NCBI GenBank assembly: GCA_017472575.1
Contig: JAFUPX010000038.1
Span: forward strand, 991 to 64,990
Direction: 5' to 3'
Length of the DNA stretch: 64,000 nt
Origin: Clostridia bacterium
Lineage (GTDB): Bacteria > Bacillota > Clostridia > Oscillospirales > Acutalibacteraceae
Below, piece after piece: positions 48,506 through 58,950 of the stretch. Below the pieces are notes generated by a model, which was not told the origin of the DNA, did not search any database, and saw nothing but the letters and a program-made list of their open reading frames with translations. The position numbers and the translations under genes are program-made. The first letter of the stretch is position 1. Each line of letters begins with the position of its first letter.

Positions 48506-49606
48506 TTATACATTAAATCTGAATAAAACGATATCGCCGTCGTTCATAACATACTCTTTTCCTTCGCTTCTTACAAGACCCTTTTCCTTGGCGGTTACCA
48601 TATTGCCGTCACAACTCATAAAATCATCAAAGGAAATAACCTCGGCGCGTATAAAGCCGCGCTCAAAGTCGGTATGTATTTTTCCTGCCGCCTGGGGAGC
48701 CTTAGTGCCCTTTGCTATAGTCCAGGCTCTTACCTCCGGCTTTCCGGCTGTTAAATAGGATATAAGACCTAAAAGGCTGTAGCACTTTTGTATCATACGG
48801 TCAAGTCCTGAGCGTTCAAGACCTAATTCTTCAAGGAAAAGCACCTTTTCCTCGTCATCAAGCCCTGAAATTTCAGCCTCTAAAGCGGCACAGATAGGAA
48901 GAATTTCAGCCTTTTCCTTTTCGGCTATCGCTTTAACCGTATTATAGTTTTTATTATCTTCAATTCCGCCCGTAAAATTCTCTTCACTCATATTGCAGGC
49001 ATAGATAACAGGCTTTGCGGAAAGCAGGGAGGTGGTGTTTAAAATTTCAAGCTCGCTCTCGTCCTCTATTGCAACCGAGCGTGCAGGCAGACCTTGCTCC
49101 AAATGCTCGATAAGTCTCTTTAAAAAATCAACCTCGGCTAAATAAGCTTTGTCACCCTTGGCGGCTTTTGAAGCCTTGTCAAGACGGCGCTGTGCAATTT
49201 CAATATCGGATAAAATAAGCTCAAGATTTATGGTTTCGATATCCCTTGCAGGGTCAACACTGCCCTCAACATGGATTATATCGTCACTTTCAAAGCAGCG
49301 TACAACATGAACTATCGCATCAACCTCGCGGATGTTTGCAAGAAACTTATTGCCCAGTCCCTCGCCCTTTGAGGCGCCCTTAACAAGACCGGCGATATCT
49401 ACAAATTCTATAACCGCAGGTGTAAATTTATCGGGATTGTAAATTTCGGCTAATTTTTCAAGCCTTTCGTCCGGAACACTCACCATTCCTACATTAGGCT
49501 CAATTGTGCAGAAAGGATAATTTGCCGACTGCGCCCCCGCGTTTGTAATTGCGTTAAAAAGAGTTGATTTGCCTACATTCGGCAAACCGACCATACCGAG
49601 TTTCAT
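48506..49606 (-). CDS. ychF: Redox-regulated ATPase YchF (Obg-like)
   Basis: It begins [19 protein letters not shown] and has [10 protein letters not shown] and the TGS-like C-terminus. The ATG at 49606 is preferred. The 25-codon extension in the ORF track is hydrophobic junk with no SD. Confidence 0.93.
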   Translation of the reverse strand: MKLGMVGLPNVGKSTLFNAITNAGAQSANYPFCTIEPNVGMVSVPDERLEKLAEIYNPDKFTPAVIEFVDIAGLVKGASKGEGLGNKFLANIREVDAIVHVVRCFESDDIIHVEGSVDPARDIETINLELILSDIEIAQRRLDKASKAAKGDKAYLAEVDFLKRLIEHLEQGLPARSVAIEDESELEILNTTSLLSAKPVIYACNMSEENFTGGIEDNKNYNTVKAIAEKEKAEILPICAALEAEISGLDDEEKVLFLEELGLERSGLDRMIQKCYSLLGLISYLTAGKPEVRAWTIAKGTKAPQAAGKIHTDFERGFIRAEVISFDDFMSCDGNMVTAKEKGLVRSEGKEYVMNDGDIVLFRFNV

Positions 49607-49712
49607 AGTAAAAATACATCCTTTATTTATATTTTTTAGTTTTAACCTCTTAATTATACAACCCAAATGTATTATTATCAAGAAAAAACTTTGAATATAT
49701 TTATAAAATGCT

Positions 49713-49741
49713 TTGCGTTTTTGCGGGTTATATATTATAAT
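49713..49741 (+). promoter_or_regulatory. Candidate sigma-A promoter of the hprK cluster
   Basis: TTGCGT (49713-49718), 17-nt spacer, TATAAT (49736-49741). Confidence 0.5.
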
Positions 49742-49776
49742 TAAAGTGATAAAATATAGATTGAGGGGAAAGAAGT

Positions 49777-50742
49777 ATGAAAACCAACTATAATGTGCCT
49801 CTTGGAAGAATAATAAAGGAGTTTTCTCTTGAACCGCTTTATATGCCTGAAAACGGAGAAAATACCCTTATTTCAACCACTGAAATAAACCGTCCGGGTT
49901 TGCAGATGGCGGGATACTATGAGTTTTTCGATGCTAACCGAATTCAGATATTCGGCAAAAGCGAGGAAAGCTTTCTTCTAAGGTTTACAGAAGAGAAGGC
50001 AAGCGAAAGACTGAAAGATTTTTTTGCTAAAAAACCTTCGGCGGTTATTATTGCAAGAAATCTTGATGTTGGAGATATGTATTTTAAAGCTGCTGAGGAA
50101 TACGGTGTACCGCTTCTTCGCACTAAGGAGTCTACCTCTGATTTCACATCCGCGCTTATTGCCTATCTTAATGTTCAGTTAGCGCCCCGCGTTACAAGAC
50201 ACGGTGTTTTGGTAGAGGTTTACGGTGAGGGAATACTGCTTTTAGGCGAGAGCGGCGTCGGTAAGAGCGAAACAGCTATTGAGCTTGTTAAAAGAGGTCA
50301 CCGCCTTATTGCGGACGACGCGGTTGAAATTCGCAGGGTGTCGAACAAGTCGCTTGTTGGAACAGCTCCTGATAATATAAGACATTTTATTGAGCTTCGC
50401 GGCATAGGAATTATAAATGCCAGCCGTATTTTCGGTGCGGGTGCTGTTAAGCTTACCGAGAAGATAGACCTTATCATAAATATGGAGCCTTGGGATGTTA
50501 ATAAGGTTTATGACAGAATGGGTCTTGATAACGAAACCACATCAATTCTTGATTTGGATATACCGTCTCTTACTATCCCTGTAAAGCCGGGAAGAAACTT
50601 AGCTGTTATTATAGAGGTTGCCGCAATGAACAGCCGCCAGAAAAAGCTTGGCTATAATGCGGCTGAGGATCTTCTCAATAAACTCGGTATGGCAGACGAT
50701 GCAAAGGCAGTTGCAACCGAAAAAGAAGTAAAACCGTTTTAG
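49777..50742 (+). CDS. hprK: HPr kinase/phosphorylase
   Basis: 321 aa with Walker A GESGVGKSE, LIADD and LRGIGIIN. Confidence 0.93.
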   Translation: MKTNYNVPLGRIIKEFSLEPLYMPENGENTLISTTEINRPGLQMAGYYEFFDANRIQIFGKSEESFLLRFTEEKASERLKDFFAKKPSAVIIARNLDVGDMYFKAAEEYGVPLLRTKESTSDFTSALIAYLNVQLAPRVTRHGVLVEVYGEGILLLGESGVGKSETAIELVKRGHRLIADDAVEIRRVSNKSLVGTAPDNIRHFIELRGIGIINASRIFGAGAVKLTEKIDLIINMEPWDVNKVYDRMGLDNETTSILDLDIPSLTIPVKPGRNLAVIIEVAAMNSRQKKLGYNAAEDLLNKLGMADDAKAVATEKEVKPF

Positions 50743-50765
50743 TAAAAGTACTAAGGAGAAATAAA

Positions 50766-51722
50766 ATGTACAAATTAGGTATAGATTTAGGCGGAACAAA
50801 TATTGCCGCCGGAGTTGTTGATGAAAATTATAATATTATAGGCAGGGGAAGCAGAAAGACAAATATGCCCCGTCCGGCAGAGGAAATCGTAAAGGATATT
50901 GCTGCCGCCGCAGTTGACGCTATTGCCGATGCAGGGTTAAAAAAGGAAGATATAGAATGTATGGGAATAGGAACTCCCGGTTCTATAGACCCTGATAACG
51001 GAATTGTTATTTTTTCAAATAATCTTGGATTCAGCGATTTGCCTCTCTGCAAAATGCTTAAAGAGCTCACAGGCTTCGATTTTTATATTGAAAATGATGC
51101 TAATGCCGCGGCTTACGGTGAGTATATAGCCGGAGCAGGAAAGGGCGCTCGCAACTTTGTAGCAATAACCTTGGGAACAGGTGTAGGCGGCGGAATTATA
51201 ATTGACGGTAAAATTTATTCCGGTTCAAACCATGCCGGAGGAGAGCTTGGTCATACTGTTATAAGTATGAACGGCGAGGGCTGTACCTGCGGCAGACTCG
51301 GCTGTTGGGAGGCGTATGCATCTGCAACTGCCCTTATCAGGCAGACAAAGCAGGCTATGATAAGATATCCTGACAGCATTATGTGGGAAATATGCGGCGG
51401 AGATGTAAATAATATTAACGGCAGAACCGCGTTTGACGCTATGCGTAAGGATGATATTGCGGGCAAATATGTTGTTGACAGATATATAAATTATATTGCT
51501 GTTGGAATTTCTAACAACATAAATATTTTCCAGCCTGATATTATTTGTATCGGAGGCGGAATTTCTAAAGAGGGTAAAACCCTGACTGACCCGATAAACG
51601 AATTTGTTGCCGGTGAAAATTACGCAAGAAACCACGAAAAGAAAACCGAGGTAAAGGTTGCCGCTCTCGGAAACGACGCGGGAATTATCGGTGCGGCATA
51701 TCTTTGTAATTTATATAAATAA
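50766..51722 (+). CDS. glcK: ROK-family glucokinase
   Basis: 318 aa with LGIDLGGTNI, ENDANAAAYGE and the ROK Cys motif CTCGRLGCWEAYAS. Confidence 0.88.
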   Translation: MYKLGIDLGGTNIAAGVVDENYNIIGRGSRKTNMPRPAEEIVKDIAAAAVDAIADAGLKKEDIECMGIGTPGSIDPDNGIVIFSNNLGFSDLPLCKMLKELTGFDFYIENDANAAAYGEYIAGAGKGARNFVAITLGTGVGGGIIIDGKIYSGSNHAGGELGHTVISMNGEGCTCGRLGCWEAYASATALIRQTKQAMIRYPDSIMWEICGGDVNNINGRTAFDAMRKDDIAGKYVVDRYINYIAVGISNNINIFQPDIICIGGGISKEGKTLTDPINEFVAGENYARNHEKKTEVKVAALGNDAGIIGAAYLCNLYK

Positions 51723-51734
51723 ATAGGTGATTTA

Positions 51735-52640
51735 ATGCAGCTTGATTCTTTTAAAAGGACGCTCGGAGAAAACGGAATTGATTTTCTCTTAAACGAGCCT
51801 ATGAAAAATCATACGAGCTTTAAAATCGGCGGAAATGCAGATGTTTTTGTATCTGCTCGAGATGAGGAACAGCTTTTAACGCTGTTTGCCGCCGCAAAGG
51901 AATATGATGTGCCTGTGTTTATTCTCGGAAAGGGTTCAAACCTTTTGGTGTCCGACAAGGGAATTGAGGGGGCGGTCGTATACCTTGGTAATATGGACGG
52001 TATAACCGTTAAAGGCGAGGAGATTATATGCGAATCCGGAGCCTCCCTTTGCGCGGTATGCGTTAAAGCTAAAGAAAACAGCCTTACAGGTCTTGAATTC
52101 GCATACGGTATCCCCGGAACGGTTGGCGGCGGACTTTATATGAATGCCGGTGCTTACGGCTCAGAAATGAAGAACATTGTCGTTAAGGCTGACTATATTA
52201 CCCCTGACGGCTGTAAGGGAAGTATGGAATTAGAGGATATGAAGCTTGGCTACAGAACCTCTGTTTTTAAGCTTAACGAAAAAATAATAACAAGGGTTTA
52301 TTTTAAACTGAAAAAGGGTGAAGATAAAGAAATTCAGGCTAAAATGAACGAGCTTATATCAAGGCGCAAGGAAAAACAACCGTTGGAATATCCAAGCGCG
52401 GGAAGTACGTTTAAAAGACCAGAGGGCTATTTTGCAGGCGCGCTTATTCAGCAGAGCGGACTTATGGGCAAAAGAATAGGCGGAGCGATGGTAAGCGAAA
52501 AGCACGCCGGATTTGTAATAAATTATGAAAACGCAAATTGTGAGGATGTAACTCGCCTTATAGATTACATAAGGCAAAAGGTTTTATCTGATAGCGGTGT
52601 TAATTTGGAAACGGAAGTTATATTTGTCGGAAGGAAATAA
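51735..52640 (+). CDS. murB: UDP-N-acetylenolpyruvoylglucosamine reductase
   Basis: 301 aa with the FAD-binding GKGSNLLV, GIPGTVGGGLYMNAGAYG and PSAGSTFKRP. Confidence 0.93.
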   Translation: MQLDSFKRTLGENGIDFLLNEPMKNHTSFKIGGNADVFVSARDEEQLLTLFAAAKEYDVPVFILGKGSNLLVSDKGIEGAVVYLGNMDGITVKGEEIICESGASLCAVCVKAKENSLTGLEFAYGIPGTVGGGLYMNAGAYGSEMKNIVVKADYITPDGCKGSMELEDMKLGYRTSVFKLNEKIITRVYFKLKKGEDKEIQAKMNELISRRKEKQPLEYPSAGSTFKRPEGYFAGALIQQSGLMGKRIGGAMVSEKHAGFVINYENANCEDVTRLIDYIRQKVLSDSGVNLETEVIFVGRK

Positions 52641-52643
52641 AAA

Positions 52644-53501
52644 ATGGAATTGCTTATAGTAACAGGAATGTCGGGAGCAGGAAAATCACAGGCGGCAAAC
52701 GCTCTTGAGGATATGGGATATTATTGTGTTGATAATATTCCTCCTGCTATAATTCCCGCTTTTGTGGATTTTTCATCAAGGGGTGGAAATTTAAGTAAAA
52801 TTGCTATTGTAACGGATGCCCGAGGAGGAGACCTGTTTTCCGATATAAGCGATGTTTTGTCAAACCTAAAAAACAATAATGTTGAATATAAAATTCTTTT
52901 CCTTGATTCTTCGGATGATGTTCTTATTAGGCGTTACAAGGAAAACCGCAGAAAGCATCCGCTTTCTGATAAGAATAATCTTTCGGTATCTGCCGCGGTT
53001 ATTGCTGAGAGAGAAATGCTTAAAAAAATCCGTTCGATTTCAGATTATGTTGTTGACACCAGTTTTATATCAATAGCCCAGCTTAAGGCAAAGCTTTCGG
53101 ATATTTTCTGCATAAACAGCGGAAGCGTTATGAAGATACAATGTAAATCCTTTGGCTTTAAATATGGTGTTGATACCGAGTCTGATTTGGTTATTGATGT
53201 ACGTTGCCTTCCAAACCCCTTTTATATTGACGAGCTTAAAACCAAAACCGGACTTGACAGCGAGGTAAGGCAATATGTCCTAAGCACTAAGGAAAGCAAG
53301 CTCTTTTATGAAAAACTGATTGCTTTTATTGACAGCGCCGTTCCGCTTTATATAAAGGAGGGCAAAAGTCAGCTTGTAATAGCAACCGGCTGTACCGGAG
53401 GTAAGCATCGTTCGGTAACCTTCGCAGAGCTTATATGCAAGTACTTAAAAGAAAAAGGTTATGAGGCATCAGCGATACACAGAGATATTTATAAAAGTTG
53501 A
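52644..53501 (+). CDS. rapZ: RNase adapter protein RapZ (YvcJ)
   Basis: 285 aa with the P-loop GMSGAGKS, DVRCLPNPFY and GCTGGKHRSV. Confidence 0.92.
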   Translation: MELLIVTGMSGAGKSQAANALEDMGYYCVDNIPPAIIPAFVDFSSRGGNLSKIAIVTDARGGDLFSDISDVLSNLKNNNVEYKILFLDSSDDVLIRRYKENRRKHPLSDKNNLSVSAAVIAEREMLKKIRSISDYVVDTSFISIAQLKAKLSDIFCINSGSVMKIQCKSFGFKYGVDTESDLVIDVRCLPNPFYIDELKTKTGLDSEVRQYVLSTKESKLFYEKLIAFIDSAVPLYIKEGKSQLVIATGCTGGKHRSVTFAELICKYLKEKGYEASAIHRDIYKS

Positions 53502-53512
53502 AGTGATGAGAT

Positions 53513-54406
53513 TTGTCATTTTGTAAAGAAGTAAAAAATGAGCTTGCCGACCAAAAAACATTAGGTGCAGTATCATCCGCTCTTTGTTACGGCTTTATGC
53601 TTTTCGGCAGAGCGTTTTCATATAAAAAAATATGTATGCAGACCTCCAATCCCGATATGGCTCAGCTTTACAGCAGGCTTATAAAAAGAGAATACGGTGT
53701 TGACTGTGAAATTTCCATAGGCGGACAAAAAAGACCTACATATAAGGCTTGGATAGAATCTTCTGCGGACAGACTTAAAATACTTGCAACAGTCGATTTC
53801 GCCGCAACCGATACGGCTGTAAACTACGAGGTACTTTATAACGAGGCTTGCGAGATTGCATTTATAAGAGGAGCGTTTTTTGCCTGCGGAAATATAAGTG
53901 ATCCCGTAAAGGAATACCGCGCGGATTTTCTTGTAAGAAATGAATACTTAGCTGATGAGTTAAGCGAGCTTTTATTAAAGCACGGTATAGCCGTTAAAAG
54001 GTCGGCGAGAGGAAAAGTGAGCGTATTGTATGTTAAGGAAAGCGGAATAATAGAGGATTTGCTTACATTGCTGGGTGCATCTAAAAAAAGCCTTGACATT
54101 ATGGATGCTAAAATAATGAAAAGCGTTAAAAATAAAATAAACAGGGAGCGTAACTGCGACAATGCGAATATCTCGAAAACGGTTGAAGCATCTGTTAATC
54201 AGCGCATGGCTATAGAGTATCTTGAAAAAATGGACAGGCTGTACAGTCTTCCCGAAGAGCTGCTAAGCGTCGCTTTGCTTCGGAAAAACAATCCTGAGGC
54301 AACCTTAAAGGAGCTTTGCTCATTGTCTGATACAAAAATTACCGTTTCGGGACTTAATCACAGACTTAGAAAAATAGTTGAAATATATAACGAACTGAAA
54401 AAATAG
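53513..54406 (+). CDS. whiA: DNA-binding protein WhiA
   Basis: 297 aa starting at TTG. It begins SFCKEVKNELA and has degenerate LAGLIDADG-like repeats (FIRGAFFACG) and a C-terminal HTH. Confidence 0.88.
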   Translation: MSFCKEVKNELADQKTLGAVSSALCYGFMLFGRAFSYKKICMQTSNPDMAQLYSRLIKREYGVDCEISIGGQKRPTYKAWIESSADRLKILATVDFAATDTAVNYEVLYNEACEIAFIRGAFFACGNISDPVKEYRADFLVRNEYLADELSELLLKHGIAVKRSARGKVSVLYVKESGIIEDLLTLLGASKKSLDIMDAKIMKSVKNKINRERNCDNANISKTVEASVNQRMAIEYLEKMDRLYSLPEELLSVALLRKNNPEATLKELCSLSDTKITVSGLNHRLRKIVEIYNELKK

Positions 54407-54419
54407 GAGGTAGGGTAAT

Positions 54420-57400
54420 ATGGATTTTGTTCATCTGCATTTGCATACGGAATACAGTCTGCTTGACGGCTGCTGCCGTATAGATAAGCTGATGCAGGCA
54501 GTTGCCGCCAACGGACAGAAAAGTGTTGCCCTTACAGACCACGGCGTTATGTACGGCGCTGTTGATTTTTATAAGGCGGCAAAGGCGAACGGTATTAAGC
54601 CGATAATCGGCTGCGAGGTTTATGTCGCTCCGAGAGCCAGAACGGATAAGCAAAAGCCGCTTGACAGCGAGTATACCCACCTTGTATTGCTTTGCAAAAA
54701 TAACGAGGGTTATCAGAATCTTATCAAAATGGTGTCTCTTGGTTTTACCGAGGGCTTTTATTCAAAGCCGAGGGTGGACAGGGAGCTGCTCGAAAAACAC
54801 CACGGCGGTCTTATTGCGCTGTCTGCCTGTCTTGCAGGAGAAATACCCAGAAGAATTTTAAGAAACGATTATGAGGCGGCAAAGGAAACCGCCCTTTGGT
54901 ATAATAAGGTTTTCGGTCAGGGAAATTACTATCTTGAGCTTCAGGACCACGGAATTGAGGAGCAGAAAATAGTGATTCCCCAGATTATCCGTCTTTCCAA
55001 GGAGACGGGTATACCTCTTGTTGCAACCAACGATGTACATTATATTTATAAAGATGATTTTAAAATGCACAAGGTACTTCTGTGCATACAAACAGGAAAA
55101 AAGCTTAACGAGGATATTCCGATTAAATTTAAAACCAATGAGTTTTATCTGAAAACAGCGGATGAAATGGCGGAGCTTTTCTCTGCTGTTCCTCAGGCGA
55201 TTGAAAATACTGTTAAAATAGCCGATATGTGCAATATGGAGTTTGAGTTCGGAAAAATCAAGCTTCCTAAATTTGATATTGGAGACCGAGACCATTTTGA
55301 GTATTTTAAAGAAAAATGCACTGAGGGCATGCATAGAATTTACGGCGAAAATCCCGATAAAAAGGTAACTGAGCGCCTTGAATACGAGCTTTCCGTAATA
55401 AATAAAATGGGCTATGTTGATTATTATTTAATAGTTGCCGATTTTGTTAATTATGCTAAGAATAACGGTATCCCTGTGGGTCCCGGAAGAGGCTCGGGAG
55501 CGGGAAGTCTTGCGGCATACTGTATAGGCATAACAGGAGTTGACCCGCTAAAATACAACCTGTTTTTTGAGCGATTTTTAAATCCCGAAAGAGTTTCAAT
55601 GCCCGACTTTGATATAGATTTTTGCTATGTAAACCGCCAAAAGGTTATTGATTATGTTGTTAAAAAATATGGCAGTGACAGGGTTTCCCAGATAGTAACC
55701 TTCGGAACTATGGCGGCTAGAGCGGCTGTGAGAGACGTCGGCAGAGTTATGGATATACCGTATGCCGTTTGCGATAAGGTTGCAAAACTGATACCTCAGG
55801 CTCTGGGAATGACAATAACTAAAGCACTTGAGTCGTCTAAGGAGTTAAGACAGCTTTACGAAAACGATTCTCAGATAAAAGAGCTTATAGATATGGCGCT
55901 TAAATTAGAGGGTATGCCGCGCCATGCCTCAACCCACGCGGCAGGAGTTGTAATATCGGACAGACCTGTAAGCGAATATGTACCTCTTGCAGTTAATGAT
56001 GAGGCGGTTGTAACCCAGTATCCTATGACCTCTTTGGAGGAATTGGGACTTTTAAAAATGGACTTTTTAGGACTTCGCAACCTTACCGTTATTGCTGATA
56101 CAGAAAAATTTATTTGCGAAAAAGGCGAGGATTTTGATATAGAAAAAATTCCGCTTGACGATAAAGCAACCTTTGAAATGATGGGGAAAGGCTTAACCGA
56201 CGGTGTTTTTCAGTTTGAATCAGACGGTATGAAGAATGTGCTTCGCCGCTTTGGACCTGAGAGCATAGAGGATTTAACGGCTATTTTATCCCTTTACCGA
56301 CCGGGACCTATGGATTCTATACCGAAATATATTCATAACCGCCATAATCCGGAAGACGTTACTTATGATACTCCGCTTTTAAAACCGATACTTGATGTAA
56401 CCTACGGCTGTATCGTTTATCAGGAGCAGGTTATGCAGGTTTTCAGAACTCTTGCAGGATATTCTCTCGGCAGAGCGGATATTGTGCGAAGAGCAATGGC
56501 GAAAAAGAAGCATAAGGTAATGCAGCAGGAAAGACAGTTTTTTATCCACGGCGAAAAGGATAAGGACGGCAACGTAATTTGCGAAGGTGCGGTTGCGCGC
56601 GGAGTAGACGAGAAAATCGCCGAAAAAATTTTTGAGGATATGTCGGCATTCAGCTCTTACGCTTTTAACAAATCGCACGCGGCGGCATATTCCTTTGTTG
56701 CTTACAGAACAGCATATCTAAAATGCCATTATCCGGCGGAGTATTTTTCCGCTTTGATGACAAGTATGATGGATAATGCAAGCAAGGTATTCCTTTATAC
56801 AGAGGAATGTAAGCGTATGAATATAGGTATTCTGCCGCCGAGCGTTAATAAAAGTCAGGCAGGCTTTGTTCCTGAAGATGGCAATATACGCTTCGGTCTT
56901 TTAGCGGTAAAAAATTTGGGCAGAGGTATTATAGACCGTCTTGTTTCTGAAAGGAAAAAAGGCGAATACACCTCAATGTTCGATTTTTGCAGCAGAAATA
57001 TAAGCAGAGAATTTAACCGCAGAGCCTTAGAAGGTCTTATAAAGGCAGGTGCGCTGGACGGTCTTGAGGACAACCGCCGCCAGATGATGTACGGCTTGGA
57101 TTCTGTTATGGCGGCAGCGGAGAGTGAAAGTCGGTATTCCTCCTACGGGCAAATGGATATGTTTAGCGTGATAGGTGCTAAAAGCGAGTTTAAGCTTGAA
57201 AAAACAGAGGAGATGCCGAGAGCAACCCTGCTTGCTATGGAAAAGGAGGCAACCGGACTTTATATGTCGGGGCACCCTTTGGATGAATATACCGGATATA
57301 TAAATCGCCTTGGTGCTGTTAGAAGTGCGGATATTCTCTCCCTTAAAATACCGGACGGCAAGCGTGTTACAGTTGCAGGTATGGTGAGCGGTCTTAAAAT

Positions 57401-57881
57401 AAGGCAGCTTAAAAACGGCAATCAGATGGGTACCGCTGTACTTGAGGACATATCAGGCAGTATAAGTCTGATTGTCTTTGCAAATGCTATTACTGCTTAC
57501 AGAAATTTACTGACATCCGGCGAGCCGTTGGTTATCGTGGGCAAGGTTTCCGAGTCAGACGATACCGAGCCAGAGCTAATATGCGAAAGGGTTGAGACTA
57601 TACCTGAGTCGGCAAAGGGCGCAAAGACAGAAAGTAAGCATAAAAGCGGACTTTATATAAGGGTAAAAAACACCTCATGTGAGGAGTTTGAAGCCCTAAA
57701 GCAAATGCTCTCTCTTTATCACGGTACGACACCGGTTTATATATACTGTACAGAGACCAAAAAGAAGCTGGAGGCTCCGGCTGAGCTGAGGGTAAGGGAG
57801 CAGGAAGGTATAGAGGAGCTTTTTGCTAAAATTGTAGGCAAAGAAAATGTAAAACTTATAAAAAAAACAGTTGAATATTAA
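54420..57881 (+). CDS. dnaE: DNA polymerase III alpha subunit (DnaE type)
   Basis: 1153 aa with the PHP domain FVHLHLHTEYSLLDG, the palm PDFDIDF, and HhH and OB-fold regions. Confidence 0.95.
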   Translation: MDFVHLHLHTEYSLLDGCCRIDKLMQAVAANGQKSVALTDHGVMYGAVDFYKAAKANGIKPIIGCEVYVAPRARTDKQKPLDSEYTHLVLLCKNNEGYQNLIKMVSLGFTEGFYSKPRVDRELLEKHHGGLIALSACLAGEIPRRILRNDYEAAKETALWYNKVFGQGNYYLELQDHGIEEQKIVIPQIIRLSKETGIPLVATNDVHYIYKDDFKMHKVLLCIQTGKKLNEDIPIKFKTNEFYLKTADEMAELFSAVPQAIENTVKIADMCNMEFEFGKIKLPKFDIGDRDHFEYFKEKCTEGMHRIYGENPDKKVTERLEYELSVINKMGYVDYYLIVADFVNYAKNNGIPVGPGRGSGAGSLAAYCIGITGVDPLKYNLFFERFLNPERVSMPDFDIDFCYVNRQKVIDYVVKKYGSDRVSQIVTFGTMAARAAVRDVGRVMDIPYAVCDKVAKLIPQALGMTITKALESSKELRQLYENDSQIKELIDMALKLEGMPRHASTHAAGVVISDRPVSEYVPLAVNDEAVVTQYPMTSLEELGLLKMDFLGLRNLTVIADTEKFICEKGEDFDIEKIPLDDKATFEMMGKGLTDGVFQFESDGMKNVLRRFGPESIEDLTAILSLYRPGPMDSIPKYIHNRHNPEDVTYDTPLLKPILDVTYGCIVYQEQVMQVFRTLAGYSLGRADIVRRAMAKKKHKVMQQERQFFIHGEKDKDGNVICEGAVARGVDEKIAEKIFEDMSAFSSYAFNKSHAAAYSFVAYRTAYLKCHYPAEYFSALMTSMMDNASKVFLYTEECKRMNIGILPPSVNKSQAGFVPEDGNIRFGLLAVKNLGRGIIDRLVSERKKGEYTSMFDFCSRNISREFNRRALEGLIKAGALDGLEDNRRQMMYGLDSVMAAAESESRYSSYGQMDMFSVIGAKSEFKLEKTEEMPRATLLAMEKEATGLYMSGHPLDEYTGYINRLGAVRSADILSLKIPDGKRVTVAGMVSGLKIRQLKNGNQMGTAVLEDISGSISLIVFANAITAYRNLLTSGEPLVIVGKVSESDDTEPELICERVETIPESAKGAKTESKHKSGLYIRVKNTSCEEFEALKQMLSLYHGTTPVYIYCTETKKKLEAPAELRVREQEGIEELFAKIVGKENVKLIKKTVEY

Positions 57882-57945
57882 AGAAATATGTTATATACTG
57901 TATTTTGAGAATTTTTTAACAAAGATATTTTTGGAGTGATTACTA

Positions 57946-58905
57946 ATGAAAACAATAGGTGTACTTACAAGCGGAGGAGACGCTCCAGGTATGAATGCCG
58001 CGGTAAGAGCGGTTGTAAGAACAGCAGTTTCGCTCGGTATGAGTGTTAAGGGTATCCGCAGAGGATACAACGGTCTTATCGAGGGTGATATTATAGACCT
58101 TGATTTGCGTTCTGTTTCAGATATAATCCACAGAGGCGGAACAGTGCTTTATACTGCACGCAGTCCTAAATTCAAAACTGAGGAAGGTGTTTCCGAAGCT
58201 ATTGAAAACTGCAAAAAGTACGGTATAGAGGGTATAGTTGTTATCGGAGGAGACGGCTCCTTCAGAGGCGCAAGAGATTTATCCTTAAGAGGTATCCCTT
58301 GCGTGGGTATCCCCGGAACAATTGATAATGATATTTCTTCAACAGACTATACCATAGGCTTTGATACCGCTATGAACACAGCTATGGAAATGGTTGATAA
58401 AATCCGCGATACCGCGCAGTCGCATGACCGCTGCAGTGTTGTTGAGGTTATGGGAAGAAGAGCGGGATATATTGCTTTACAGTCGGGTATTGCAGTAGGA
58501 GCTACAGCTATTCTCGTTCCCGAAATTGAAACCAAAATTGAAGATGTTATCACTAAAATCAAGGAAACTCAGAAAACCGGAAAACAGCACTTTATCATAG
58601 TTGTTGCTGAGGGTGTAGGCGGAGTTGAAGATATAGCTAAGCAAATTGAAGAGGCTACAGGAATAGAATCCCGTGCTACTATTCTCGGACATGTTCAGCG
58701 CGGAGGCAGACCTACCGTTCGCGACCGTGTTATGGCAACTCAAATGGGTTATGCTGCGGTTGAGCTTCTTAAGGACGGTATCGGCAATAAAGTTATCTGC
58801 TACAAGAACGGAAAGATAACAAATCTTGATATCTATGAAGCTCTTAATATGAAGAAAGAGTTCGATTATGAGATGTATAATGTAGCTCATACTACTTCGA
58901 TTTAA
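57946..58905 (+). CDS. pfkA: ATP-dependent 6-phosphofructokinase
   Basis: 319 aa with IGVLTSGGDAPGMNAA, IGGDGS, PGTIDND and MGR. Confidence 0.95.
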   Translation: MKTIGVLTSGGDAPGMNAAVRAVVRTAVSLGMSVKGIRRGYNGLIEGDIIDLDLRSVSDIIHRGGTVLYTARSPKFKTEEGVSEAIENCKKYGIEGIVVIGGDGSFRGARDLSLRGIPCVGIPGTIDNDISSTDYTIGFDTAMNTAMEMVDKIRDTAQSHDRCSVVEVMGRRAGYIALQSGIAVGATAILVPEIETKIEDVITKIKETQKTGKQHFIIVVAEGVGGVEDIAKQIEEATGIESRATILGHVQRGGRPTVRDRVMATQMGYAAVELLKDGIGNKVICYKNGKITNLDIYEALNMKKEFDYEMYNVAHTTSI

Positions 58906-58912
58906 TTTTTTC

Positions 58913-58938
58913 AGGGTTGCAAAAGCAACCCTTTTTTA
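58913..58938 (+). terminator. Terminator of pfkA
   Basis: AGGGTTGC - AAAA - GCAACCCT followed by TTTTTT. Confidence 0.8.
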
Positions 58939-58950
58939 AAAGGTGAGAAA

